Positions 25,924 through 37,434 of a stretch of 64,000 nucleotides of DNA are shown here, one piece after another (within the stretch, counting starts at the first letter, position 1; every line of letters begins with the position of its first letter). The position numbers and the translations under genes were made by a program. Location: positions 9,920,001 through 9,984,000 of the forward strand of contig OZ059894.1 of the NCBI GenBank assembly GCA_964057225.1. The letters run 5' to 3'. The notes under the pieces were generated by a model that worked only from the letters and a program-made list of their open reading frames with translations, made no database searches and had not been told where the DNA came from. Source of the stretch: Auanema rhodensis (lineage: Eukaryota; Animalia; Nematoda).

Positions 25924-28900
25924 GACACAAGCTTGCCAGCCAAATGCAACAGCATATAATAGATATCATAGATTCACACACATATTATATACATTTATAG
26001 CATATAATTAAATATATATTATACTATATATGATATAGTTAACATATATATATATTGTATAAACATTTTCTTTTTTTTTTGCATCCCTTAGCAGTATTTT
26101 AACGCTTAATTTCTTAACAGTATGACAAATATGGAAATCGACGATTTGATGCTAATGCTAGCATTTTCGACTTAAATACTGTAAGTATTTATTTGAGATG
26201 AAGCTTTCATAATGTCCTTGAATTTCCCTTTTTTCAATTTTACCATTCTTCTTCTAACAACCAATACTTTCTTAGTTAGTTTATAGTAGAAAGAGCAGTT
26301 ATTCCTTTGATTTTGAAACTTTTCTGTTCGTTTAGCTTGACATGGAATTTTTCGTTCGTTTAGCTTTAGTTTGATCCCTCCGACTTCTAATAATATTCAT
26401 TCAAAGTCACTTATGTGATTGAAACAAAACAAAAATCAAAAAATTATAACCTAATTCTTCTTTTTTCCTTTTCTCTATCAGTCAATAGCATGTTGATTTG
26501 CTTTCATATCATTCACACAATCACACAATTTTCACTTTTTCTCCAATTCCGATTGAACATCTTCACATTGTTTTTGTGTTTTAGACAGAACATCCGCAGA
26601 ATTTGCTGTCTCAAGCATGGAAAAAAGTTGTTTCAACACAACGGAAACGAGCTGTGGTAGCTTGCTTCCGTATGGTTCCTCTGTACAGCATACCAAGGTG
26701 ATCTACTCAAAAGCTTGAACTTCACAATTTTTATTTTTTCCCTTTTTGGTGATTTTCTGAATTTCCCCGTTGCTACCCTGGTTACATAATATTCCTTTTC
26801 TCATGTTAATCAACCATGAGTAGATATGATTAGACAAAAATTATTCTTCATCCATTTGTTCCGATTGCTCGCATGAAATCGCTTTTTCCTCGAAGATATG
26901 TGTATGTGTGTTTGCTTAACGCTGATTGGCTGCTTAAATGTTATTGTATCCGAGATACCGTAACCGAACTGCGGCTATTGGTTTATGTGTGTGCATGTTT
27001 GAAATAGTTTTGTATGACCGACAACCGACGACTCAGACCTCAAAATTGGATTTTATTTCGAAATTGGTTGATATTAACTCGTTTGATCGGGGAAAGTATG
27101 AGTAAAGACATGCATGTAATAGGTGACGAGTCGCCCGGAAAAAGAAGATAAATGGAAGAAAGTGCTAACTCTTCAACGAAAGAGAATGGCTATTTCTCTC
27201 ATAACAGCTTCTCATCTCTATAAAGTGGAGTTGTAAGTTTGATATTCAGTCTTTCTATTTCTCTCTCTCTCTCTCTCTTTCCAACATTTGGTTTTCCTGT
27301 GAAATGCTTTTCAACCTTTTATGCTTGTGATACCAATATGCAGAATGTGCTTATACCCTCAAGCACTAACCTTTCTTTTTGTTTGAATTATTCTCTTTAT
27401 AGAAGAGAATAAACTCTCTCTTCATCTTTCAAAAGGTTAATTTCTCTTTTAGACATCGTGGTATCAACTTTTTCCTTCCGGCATTTTCAAAGTTGTGGTT
27501 AGAAGAAGAGGATGCAGGTCAAGATAAACTGATCGCTGAACTTTGTGTATGATCATAAGCATTTTTTCACTTCAAATCGGATGTTTTTCAGAGTGGAATC
27601 GAAGAAGATGATTTACCTCGAATTGAGGTAATCGTCGAAGATGGTGTCCTTGTTACTACTCCGTCGGAGGAGAACAAAGAAAAAGAGTTAGTTTAACAAC
27701 GATATACCATCTCATATTTCTACTTGTTTAGCGCTCATCCTGATCCGTTGCGTCAACTTATTCAATGTTTTCAACGTGCTGCTACTAGTGAAGAGAGTCA
27801 AGCTACTCCTATTCATGATGATGCTCTATATATTCGTTTCGCTGAAGTTATGGCTCAGTCTATCCATATTGAAGAAGAAGATGGGGAGGACGGTGATGAA
27901 GGCGAAATCGATCAAGCTGTATGTTTTTCATCGCTCCTATGTTATACACGATATTTCGTTGCAGCAAAAGGAGGAACAGTCTCAAGCTTTACGTGCAGAG
28001 CAAGGAGTTCTTGCTAATCGCGGTGCAGCTATCATGTGTTTGATGTATCTCTCAGCTTCAAATGGAGAGCCTAACGATATGGTTGCTCAGACATTGCAAC
28101 TTGGAATCCATTTGTTAAGCGGAGGAAACGTCGAAATTCAAAGAGTACCGAGCTAATTTAAGATTTTAAAATCACATTTCGTGTATTTTCAGATGCTCAT
28201 CGAATACCTTCAATTGAAAAAAGATGTCAGATTCTTCACATCCTTAGCTGGATTGATGAATAAGTGCTCAGTTTTGAATTTGGAAATGTTCGAACGTCAA
28301 ATTAAGGTGAATACCAATCATGAACATGAGTATTTAATCTTAATACTCGCATCTCTTTCAGGCTGAAGGTCTTGGTATGGGTGCAGAGCTAGCAGCTGGT
28401 GATAATCAGAATCTCAACGATGCTGACTTTACCTGTTCTCTGTTCCGCTTCTTGCAATTGACATGCGAAGGACACAATCTTGGTTTAAACTTGCTATATC
28501 AAGACAAACAGTGATTCCCTTCATTTCAGAATTCCAAAATTACCTTCGAACCCAACCAGGTCATACTACAAGTGTTAACTTAATCAACTGCACTGTCGAT
28601 TATCTTTTACGACTCCAGGAATCTGTTATGGATTTCTATTGGCATTATTCCAGCAAAGAAGTCATTGACGAAGGAGGAAAAGAATATTTCTTAAGAGCAA
28701 TCCAAGTTTGTAGTCAAGTTTTCAATACTTTGACTGAAAGCATCCAGGTTTGAACTAATTTAAATGCTTGAAAACAACCTTTAAACTTTGAAGGGTCCAT
28801 GCGTTGGCAATCAGATGACTTTAGCAAATTCTCGTTTATGGGATGCTATTAATGGATTTTTCTTCTTATTTGCTCACATGATGGAGAAATTATATAAGAA

Positions 28901-31900
28901 TTCAACTCAATTAGAACTTCTTCGCGAATTTTTAAATTTGCAGAAAGATATGATTGTCCTCATGTTATCTATGCTTGAAGGTACAATTTCAAATATTATA
29001 TAAACACTTAACTATATCATATAGGTAATGTATTGAACGGTCCTATTGGTAAGCAGATGGTTGACGCTCTTGTTGAATCTCAGCCATCAGTTGAGAAAAT
29101 TCTGAAGTTCTCTGACATGTTCTTGAAACTTAAGGATTTAACTACATCTCAAGCCTTCCAGGTTTGATAAGATTTTGCTGATTATACAGATTATGATTTT
29201 GCTATTCAGGACTTCGATACTAATCGAGATGGTTGGATCTCTCCCAAAGAATTCCAACGAGCTATGGAAAGTCAAAAGATGTATACAGTTGAAGATATTA
29301 CGTATCTCATGATGTGTACTGATGTTAATAACGATGGAAAAGTCGATTACATGGAATTCACTGAAAGGTTTTATTTGAGAAACTTGAATCCTCTTAACAT
29401 CTGCACTTCAGATTCCATAATCCAGCTCGTGATATTGGCTTTAATCTGGCTGTATTACTCACTAACCTTAAGGAGCATATCACTAATGATCCAAGATTGG
29501 AGAAAATCATTGAAAAAGCACAAACTCTTCTTGAGTATTTCGATCCATTCCTTGGACGAATTGAAATTATGGGTTCAAGTAAACGTGTTGAGAAGATTTA
29601 CTTTGAAATTCAAGAATCTTGGTTGGAACAATGGGGAAAACAACAGATTCGGTAATATCAACAACTAAGTTCATTCAAATCAATTTTGAAACTTACAGTG
29701 ACTCCAAGAATTCCTTCTTGTTCAACGTACTTCAAGATGATGGTGGAGATCAGGGTAAACTTGAAGCTTTCATCAATTTCTGTGAAGTAAGTAGCTTATC
29801 CGGAAACAAATTACTCATCAATGCTTGTTTAGGATACGATTTTCGAAATGCAGCATGCTGCTGAGATATCAGCTGGAGATGGTGACTCCAAGATGGAGAG
29901 AGCCATGAAACAACGTGATTACTTCTTGCAACAAACAAGTGCTGGAGAACAAATAACTGAAACCTTCAAGAGCGGCTATCACATTGGTATCAGTGCTGCT
30001 GTAGCTTTACATCCAGAAAACATCAAACAAACATTAAAGAATTTGAGTGGAAAAGTGAAGTAAGAAACTCAATTTTTCTTTTTTTCTGATGTTTACCTCA
30101 CATATTCCTTCAGGCAAATGACATGGATGCAATTCTTCTATTGGGTGATTGTTCTGTTCATTCAAGCCGGTATGAAGATTGGAATATCTATCTGGCTATT
30201 CCTGCTCACAATCTTCCGATTTGCCTATTACCTCACTACACCTGGTCGTGAAGAAGAAGAAAAAGAAAATCTTATTCCTCCGCCAACTGAGTCAGCTATA
30301 ACTTATTTCAAGTTTGAAATTAAGTTTTATACTTTATAGACATGGTCATCATCAACCCTTTACACTACCTGAGTTTCATCATAGTCATGTGGGAGTTGAT
30401 GCCTTTGGATTATCCTCCGATCAGCTTGGATCTGAACCGCGTGCTACACCAAACCATTGCGCAGAGCCAACTACCAACATTCCCAATGGTCACGCTGTTC
30501 ATGCTGAGCATGAAGAGGATAATCAGTCTACTACATCTCCTCCACAGCCAACGCCAGCACCAAGTGTTCATAAGCCACCCAGGTAAGCATCAAATTCAAT
30601 TGCAGCTTATATGAACTATTTTCAGTCTCTACGAATCTCTTGGAGCTCCAAACCAGCAGTTACCTCAATCCGAAGCAGATTTTGCACTCAGTGGCTTGTA
30701 TGAACCGAAGATTGCTGAGCAGAACGTTGGAAGAAGCAAAGGATCCATCCTTGTAAGAGAACATACAATCCGGAATTATTTCCTCATTGCTGATCTCAAT
30801 TTCAGAATATGCTGGCAAGAAACTTCAAAACAATTGAGAAAACAACCTTACATTTGGCTTTCTTCATCAACGTCATTCTTCTATTCCATCGTGTTGACAT
30901 CATGCAATCAGAACCAGCAGGTATTGAATGATCTCTAAGGGATGCCAATCATACTCATCACATCTTCAGAAACAGAAGTTAGCGAAGTTGGAGATGATGA
31001 CGATGAGCCAAATGAGAATATCTTCATTTCGGGAATGTTATTGCCTTATGTTGAATATGAAGTAACTGGATGGCTATTAGCTCAAGTACTATCAAAATCG
31101 AAATATATTGTTTATAATACTATAACTCGTTGTAGATACTGTATTGGATTAGTATGCTACATCTTGTAACATCATTTGCTCTTCTTGTATCTTTCTATCA
31201 GCTGAAAATTCCACTTATCACTTTCAAACGAGAGAAAGAAGTTGCTAGAAAACTTATGTTTGATGGCTGTTGGATAACAGAAGAAGATAGTGAAGAACGA
31301 GGATTAATTGAAACATTCATGTGGTAAGCTTTTCTTTTTAATTTGGATGAAACTCTTTGATTTTCATTATTTCTTCATAATCTTTCGAACCTTTTCAGGT
31401 ATTTGGATCGAATTGTAATCAGTGCTAAATCATTTCCAATGATGTATTGGGATAAGTTTGTAAGAAGAAAGACACGACAGAAGTTCAAGGATCAAGTTGA
31501 TGAAGAAACTCTTTTAACCTTATTAGGAGAAGAGAAATCATCTGGAGATAACAGCTTTGACTACAGGTTTATACATCTATTCCTCTTTTCAAATCATATT
31601 TACGTTCAGATATACATGCTGGTTATGGATTGGTGTCATCTTAACTAATGGCCAATTCTTGTATCGTGTTGGATATCTACTATGCTCAGCTTGTGGTATG
31701 TTTCAGTCATGCTTCTTCTAGACATCATCTGTTCCATGTTTTTCCAGGAGTTTTCATATCTCCTTTCTTCTATGCTTTCCATTTGATTGACGTCGTGCTC
31801 TCATTCCCTATGCTTAAAGCTATCTTACAATCTGTTACGCATAACTTGCAGCAGGTAATTATCAAGTTTGAAGCCAGAAATTATAATTTTCATCAACTTT

Positions 31901-32883
31901 GCAGCTTATCCTTACCATTATGATGACATTGGTAGTTGTGTATCTCTATACTGTTATTGCCTTCAACTTCTTCCGTAAGTTCTACGTTCAAGAAGGAGAA
32001 GATGGTGAAGAGCCTGACCGCAAATGTCACAACATGCTGACCGTAAGTTGCATCATAATCATTGAACTTCAAAACTTAATGCAACCTCTTTACAGTGTTT
32101 CATCTATCATTTCTACGCCGGAGTAAGAGCTGGTGGAGGTATTGGAGATGAATTAGAATCACCATACGGAGATGAATTGGAATATCCTCGAATGTTCTAT
32201 GATATTTCTTTCTTCTTCTTTGTTATTGTTATTCTTCTTGCTATCATGCAGGGTAATTACATTGATTTTTCTTATAATTTCATTCAATTCATTACTCATT
32301 AACTCATATTGCTACAGGTTTGATCATTGATGCTTTCGGAGAACTTCGTGATCAACAAGAATCTGCCACAGAAAAGCTTGAATCCTCGTGCTTTATCTGT
32401 GATATTGGTAAAGAAACGTTTGATCGGATGCCGCGTGGCTTCGAGATACATACCACCAAAGAGCACAATTTTGCCAATTATCTGTAAGTTTTAAAGTTAA
32501 CAAATGCTTTCAAGTTCTACATGCTTTACAGGTTCTTCCTTCAACATCTGGTAAACAAGGATGAAACAGAATATACGGGACAAGAAACGTATGTACGTGA
32601 GAAATATGATAATCGGTATGTTTTCCCTTTGAATCTTTTTTTTTGAAAAACCTTTAACTCCCTTTTCAACAATTTTTTGCGGGAAAATGCAAGATGGAAA
32701 GTTCACGTAACTTGACCTTGTCACATTCACGTCAACACATTTACGTGAACTTTTAATGTTTCTTATTCTAATTTTTCTTAAGGCTTAAGTACTTTATGCT
32801 AATTTTCTTGCAGTGATTGGGACTTCTTCCCGGTGGGAGAATGCTTTGTGAAGCAGTATGAAGATCAACTACTTCAATCATAG
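129..32883 (+). CDS. unc-68: Ryanodine receptor (intracellular Ca2+ release channel), full-length, ~100 exons
   Basis: Exon 1 (129-188) encodes [20 protein letters not shown] and splices GT189..AG8229 to [33 protein letters not shown]. Successive GT-AG exons give NTD/MIR, RIH, three SPRY domains, RyR repeats, the CaM-binding helix, EF hands, TM helices, pore [10 protein letters not shown] and C-terminal [22 protein letters not shown] (TAG 32881-32883). The frame was consistent at the many junctions I checked. Confidence 0.98.
5897..5962 (+). repeat. (CT)n microsatellite (one of many in RyR intron 1)
   Basis: Direct reading; similar runs near 710, 875, 2845, 3290 and 6900. Confidence 0.9.
8097..8150 (+). 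CDS. unc-68: Candidate alternative first coding exon 1b of RyR ([18 protein letters not shown])
   Basis: AAAATG context, 18 open codons, AAG|GTCAG donor at 8151 in phase 0, and a 79-nt intron to the shared acceptor at 8229. ATTTTTTAAG at 8021-8030 is identical to the sequence before exon 1a. Confidence 0.65.
8230..11152 (+). other. unc-68: RyR N-terminal (MIR/beta-trefoil) and RIH domain exons
   Basis: Peptides [62 protein letters not shown]. Confidence 0.9.
11201..16359 (+). other. unc-68: RyR SPRY1, RY1&2 repeats, SPRY2, divergent region 2 and SPRY3 exons
   Basis: RWYFEAEVE...LRIGWA; [21 protein letters not shown]; [19 protein letters not shown]; [22 protein letters not shown]. Confidence 0.9.
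14468..14584 (+). CDS. unc-68: Candidate 117-nt cassette exon in RyR divergent region 2
   Basis: TGTTTAG|C...CAG|GTTGGC. Phase 2-2, matching the flanking junctions (14155/14899); open frame [38 protein letters not shown]. Confidence 0.65.
20326..20610 (+). CDS. unc-68: Candidate 285-nt symmetric (cassette) exon in the RyR helical region
   Basis: TTCTTACAG|CT...CTGA|GTGAGT. Phase 1-1, matching 20148/20732; 95 open codons [11 protein letters not shown]...[10 protein letters not shown]. Confidence 0.8.
21642..22390 (+). other. unc-68: RyR repeat 3&4 (phosphorylation) domain exons
   Basis: [21 protein letters not shown]...HPRLKPF and [10 protein letters not shown]...PFVPWDLLT. Confidence 0.85.
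24741..24770 (+). CDS. unc-68: Candidate 30-nt microexon [10 protein letters not shown]
   Basis: TTTATTAG|GAG...ACA|GTAAGT, phase 0-0, between KKKRREGQ (ends 24595) and AKKDKHANS (starts 24896). Confidence 0.75.
25653..25697 (+). CDS. unc-68: Candidate 45-nt cassette exon [15 protein letters not shown]
   Basis: TTGTCTTAG|ATA...AAG|GTAAGA, phase 0-0, no stops. Confidence 0.72.
25731..25779 (+). repeat. (ATC)n microsatellite
   Basis: atcatcatc run just downstream of the 45-nt cassette exon. Confidence 0.9.
25892..25921 (+). repeat. (CA)n microsatellite
   Basis: Direct reading. Confidence 0.9.
26121..26180 (+). CDS. unc-68: Candidate 60-nt cassette exon [20 protein letters not shown]
   Basis: TTTCTTAACAG|TAT...ACT|GTAAGT, phase 0-0, no stops. 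Confidence 0.7.
26585..26697 (+). CDS. unc-68: RyR calmodulin-binding-domain exon A (canonical): [38 protein letters not shown]
   Basis: TTTTAG|ACA...CCAAG|GTGAT; 113 nt, phase 0 to 2; matches the RyR1 CaM helix [24 protein letters not shown]. Confidence 0.95.
27123..27232 (+). CDS. unc-68: RyR calmodulin-binding-domain exon B (paralogous, mutually exclusive): [37 protein letters not shown]
   Basis: TAATAG|GTG...GAGTT|GTAAGT; 110 nt, phase 0 to 2 like exon A; gap-free alignment WKKV...QRKR...LY with exon A. Confidence 0.85.
29210..29367 (+). other. unc-68: RyR paired EF-hand exon
   Basis: [15 protein letters not shown] ... [14 protein letters not shown]. Confidence 0.9.
32120..32149 (+). 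other. unc-68: RyR pore selectivity filter [10 protein letters not shown]
   Basis: gga gta aga gct ggt gga ggt att gga gat, the conserved RyR pore motif. Confidence 0.97.
32698..32753. repeat. 13-bp inverted repeat AAAGTTCACGTAA..TTACGTGAACTTT, member of a dispersed ACGT-cluster element family
   Basis: Perfect 13-bp arms with a 30-nt spacer in the last RyR intron; resembles the reverse complement of 38271-38347. Confidence 0.7.
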
Positions 32884-33312
32884 TCCCGGATTTTCTCGTG
32901 TCGTTTGTTTTTTTGTTATTTTGAAATTTAGAAAACGATCGATTAAACGAAATTAGATAGAATTGTAGATTTTATATATTATATATACATATTATATATT
33001 CTTTAGTCCTTAACAGAGAAATTTTGTTTCCAATAATCTCTCTCTCTCTCTCTCTTCTTATATTTTTTTGCTCAATTGTGTCCCCTTTACTCTTTTACCC
33101 TCCCATCTGTCAAAACTCTCCCCCCCCTTGCTCTATCAAAACAGATCAAATCATTTAAAACTCTTAAAGTTTTTAAACAAAGTGTGCTCAGTCAGATTTT
33201 CCTCTTATTTCTATTTTTTTTATTAAATTTTTAAATATCAGAGTTGCGAAAATCTCATATTGAATGTGCCTTTACCTTTTTTTTTTTAAAAATTATATAT
33301 AAAAATTAATTT

Positions 33313-33318
33313 AATAAA
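33313..33318 (+). terminator. Candidate polyadenylation signal AATAAA for RyR
   Basis: AATAAA ~430 nt after the stop codon, following a pyrimidine-rich 3'UTR; the region is AT-rich, so specificity is low. Confidence 0.4.
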
Positions 33319-34206
33319 TAAATTATTCAAATAATTCATTCATTTTAAAAACAAATTAAATAAGTTTGAGCATTATATAATAAGTTTTATATGATATAGT
33401 TAGCATATATATAATATATAAATTGAAATTATCACATAAAATTTCAAATTACCACGTATAACTCAATCAGATCACAGAATATAATATGAGAGAATGAAGA
33501 TTAAAGATATTCACACATATCTAATGAAAGAAAGAAATGTTTTTTTAAAAAATTAATAAATAAATAAATAAATAATAGTTAATTATATGTAATAGTTAGT
33601 TAAACATTCGAAATAGTTTTTGATTGTAGTAGTTCAGTAGCATTAATGTTCCTTTTGACCATTGATCCAACTCGTTTAGTTATATAATCCAATGAATTTC
33701 TTAGAAACATTTGAATTAAGTATAAAGAAATCATAATACATGTGACGATATATACTATTGGAAATAGTAAAAGAACATCTATAAATAGAAATATAATTAA
33801 TGTTTTAAGCTTTAGATAATGCTTGATTTCTTCCAAAAACTTTATTTTTAAACAAAAGATTTTTTCAAGAATGATCGAAGATGATGACTTACCATTCCAT
33901 GTCATTTTGATTCAAATAGAACTAGGCTAATTTTAGTAAAAAGCAGATAAAAGAGCTGAGACAGAGTTTCTTTGGTTGGTTGAATCAGACGTCTTCGCTA
34001 GAATCCGTGTCAGACAATATAGAATACACAGAAAGAGACACAGAGAGAGAGAGAGATAGAGAGAGAAACACTCAAATAGAAAGAGACAATGTTATGTTCC
34101 TCTGTATTGCAGCTTTCTATCTATCTGTCTCTTTCAGTAAATACTATTCCGTTTACGTTGTATTTTCACTCTTAAATTCTCTATTCTCTCTTTATAACTG
34201 TAAGAC

Positions 34207-34239
<33 letters not shown>

Positions 34240-35298
34240 AAGTTCGAAGTTGAGTAGACAGAATAAATAGAAGAGGAACAAGCCAAATCTAGAAATAGAA
34301 ATTGAAGAAATTTCATAAAAACATTCGATTAAAACATACAAAATTGAGAATTTCAAAGACTATAAAGCTGATAAGATTCAAGTTTATAGATAATAAGTTT
34401 AAAATTTGTATTTAAATACATAAATTGAGGTAAAAAATAGAAATAAAGAGCGGGAAATGAGCTAAAGTATATGTTATCAAGGTATTTAGGTCATTGTTTG
34501 AGATATGTCAAACTACAAAGATTTGCCGAAATTATATTTGGTGCCATATATTAAGGCAAATAAGCTGCAAATCACTAAGAAATATGTATTTGAATTGAAA
34601 TAAAAGCATTAATTGAGTTAGAAAATGTTTAATTTTTCATAAAAAATAATAAAAAAAGGAAAATATATTATACATATAGTTAAATAGATTTTGATATCTA
34701 TCTATATATTTAGGTAATTGTAAGTTATAAAAGCAATTAGTATGAAGTAGAATAATAGGTTCAATAGATTAGATAATAGAATTTTTGATAATTTGTCTTG
34801 GAAAATTGGAGTTTTTGTTTGTTATTTTTGCCATTTTTCTTTTAAAAATGTGACCTATTGTAACGAGACGATAGACGAAGAACATACGTAATTGAAGCCA
34901 ACAAAATAGTAATTTTTTCAAAATAAAATTATGCTAACTAGACTATATATAGTTAACGAAATTGTTATTTATAGTATAATTTTGAAAATTACCAGATGCT
35001 AATTCATGAGATGATTTCGTTTGAAAATGATGCAGAATGAGAGGAATGAATCAGCAGCTGATTCAAAGCTCATGTTGCTAATGCTGTTGCTAGTGACCAA
35101 AGACTCTGAACATCTGCACAAGGTTTTGGACAAAATAAACGAAAATAAATGAAAGAAATTTGTTTTTTTTTTTTTGAAAAAAGTTAAAAATAAAGGAATT
35201 ATGGTAAAAAGAAATTGTATTTCTCTTGTATCTTCATACATCTATATGAAAGTAAGTAAGAGGTGTGTAGGATGGTGTATGTACAGGGCAAAGAGGGA

Positions 35299-35301
<3 letters not shown>

Positions 35302-35372
<71 letters not shown>
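35302..35372 (+). repeat. (GA)n microsatellite
   Basis: Direct reading. Confidence 0.95.
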
Positions 35373-35375
<3 letters not shown>

Positions 35376-35730
35376 AATGAGAGAGGTAGGAAAGGAAAAG
35401 AAAAAGAGAAGGATATGAAGAGATGTAAGGTGTTGTGTCAGAGTAACCCTGTAAAGGACAGCTGTTTCTAAAAAAAAAAGAAGAAAATTAATATCCAAAT
35501 TAGGTCATAATATGGTTTATAAAATGATATATACTATATATATATATAGTATTAATATAATATAATAAAAGTCATCATATAAGTGTATTTATCATAAATT
35601 TTATATATTTTAATAAATAAATTAGATTTATCATAATAATTTGTTGAATTTTTACTTATTTGTTGTCAAGGTAACACACACACATATCACATAATGATGT
35701 AGCAATAGTGAAAGAAAAAGCTTTAAAGTT

Positions 35731-35775
<45 letters not shown>

Positions 35776-37434
35776 TGAAGTGCATGATGTTCATGAAAAG
35801 GTTTCAATAGAAATTTAGATTTTTCCCTAATCCAAATATAGATATCTATCTATCTATCTATGTATAATGTATAATATTTAGATAAACTTCAAAAAAAAAA
35901 AGAAAAAAAAGTTATTTTGAAAACAAAAAAAAAGAAGAAATATGAGTTATATTCTTCATATAAATAAAAATAATAAAATAGTATATGAATAGATAAGATA
36001 TATGAGTATATGAATACATGTATATGTGTAGATCTTGTATGTCTACCATGTATGTATGTATATGTAGAGTGTGAATATTAGATGAATGAGAAGGTATAAC
36101 ATCAAACAAAGACAAATTCAAAGTTTTTATTAGTTTTCTTCTTTGAATTATAAAACTTTGATTCATGTGTGCAAGCCAGCCAGCCAGTAGCAAGCAAGCA
36201 AGCATGTATGTATGGATCTTCTGGCGTGTATTTGAAGAATTTTAGGACAACGTCTATACCGATTGACGTTGTCTACTTTACACTTCGTCCTCCTTCTCAT
36301 CATCATCGTCTTTGTCGTTGTCTATGTCAACTTCAACGTCATCAAATCCTCATCTTCAATCGAATTAGTTAGATGAATGTATTTGATAAGAAAGAACAAT
36401 CCGACTAGAACAACTAAAAAGGAGAAGAAAGAAAGATATTGAGCGAAAGAGTATTTTGAAAATTATTCATTAACAACGACAGAAACGGCATTTTCATGTC
36501 AAAATCGTTGAGTACAAAAAGATTTTTTAAATGTTATTATGCGTATATAATTAAAATTTTTCTTAAAATTCAGAACAAAAAATGAAAATTTTTGTTTTTT
36601 TTCAAATCAAAGTTCATTAAAATTTATTAAAAAAAATTATTTTATAACTCTTATAATGAATCTATCAGTGTGTGAGCTGTCAACATTGATTCTCATTTCG
36701 TGTCAGATCGTTACCACATGAAATACTGAAAGCTGTTCTTAAACTGTGACTCAAACAATGTCCCTCTTAAAATGTTAAAAGGGAAAATGAACAGTTGAAT
36801 ACGATCTAGTAGTATATGTATTTGTTTATTTTTCTGTATATTTTGAATATAATGTTGTTTCATCAACATCAACATCATCATCATCATCATGCTTATCCTC
36901 ATCATCATCATCATCATGACAATGATGTTGTTATTGTTTATAATCATTATTATTATTATTATTTTAATTTAAATATATTAAAAATTAAAATTATTTCGAA
37001 GAAATTTATTAATTTTCAATATTGAAAAAGAAAATAAAAAAAAAGAAAAAGTATAATACACCGTTCAATTGACTGAGGCAACATGCATCAACAAATAGCT
37101 AAATGTTAACAATAATGTTTGAGAGACAATGAGTTACTTTGACACTCCGATGAAAAGAAAAATCTAAATTTCTCTTTATTTTCAAATAAAATGATTAAAT
37201 TATAAATTAAAATTATATAAAACATTAGATATACTATACATATAGTATAAGAGATAATGAGAGAGAGAGAGAGGGGGGGAGAGAGAGATTGAGAGATAGA
37301 GAATTTCTTGATACTTTGCATCAATTTCACGAAAAAAGTCGAAGAAAAACTTTTTTTTTCACAAAAAAAAAAGAAAAAAAGGCTTTTGAACTGTAAATAA
37401 GTTCAGATTATAAAGCTTTTTGTTAATCATCTGT

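Noticed and set aside
27037-27095. Possible third phase 0-to-2 exon ([20 protein letters not shown]) between CaM exons A and B
   Set aside because: Poor acceptor (CGACTCAG), no similarity to the CaM helix, and only 27 nt from exon B; unsupported without reads
27592-27686. Internal GAG|GTAATC as an alternative donor
   Set aside because: Phase 0, whereas the next exon needs phase 2, so it would shift the frame
11421-32730. Minus-strand ORFs overlapping RyR exons (e.g. 15585-15831, 18325-18646, 21847-22089)
   Set aside because: Antisense shadows of the coding strand, with no independent evidence
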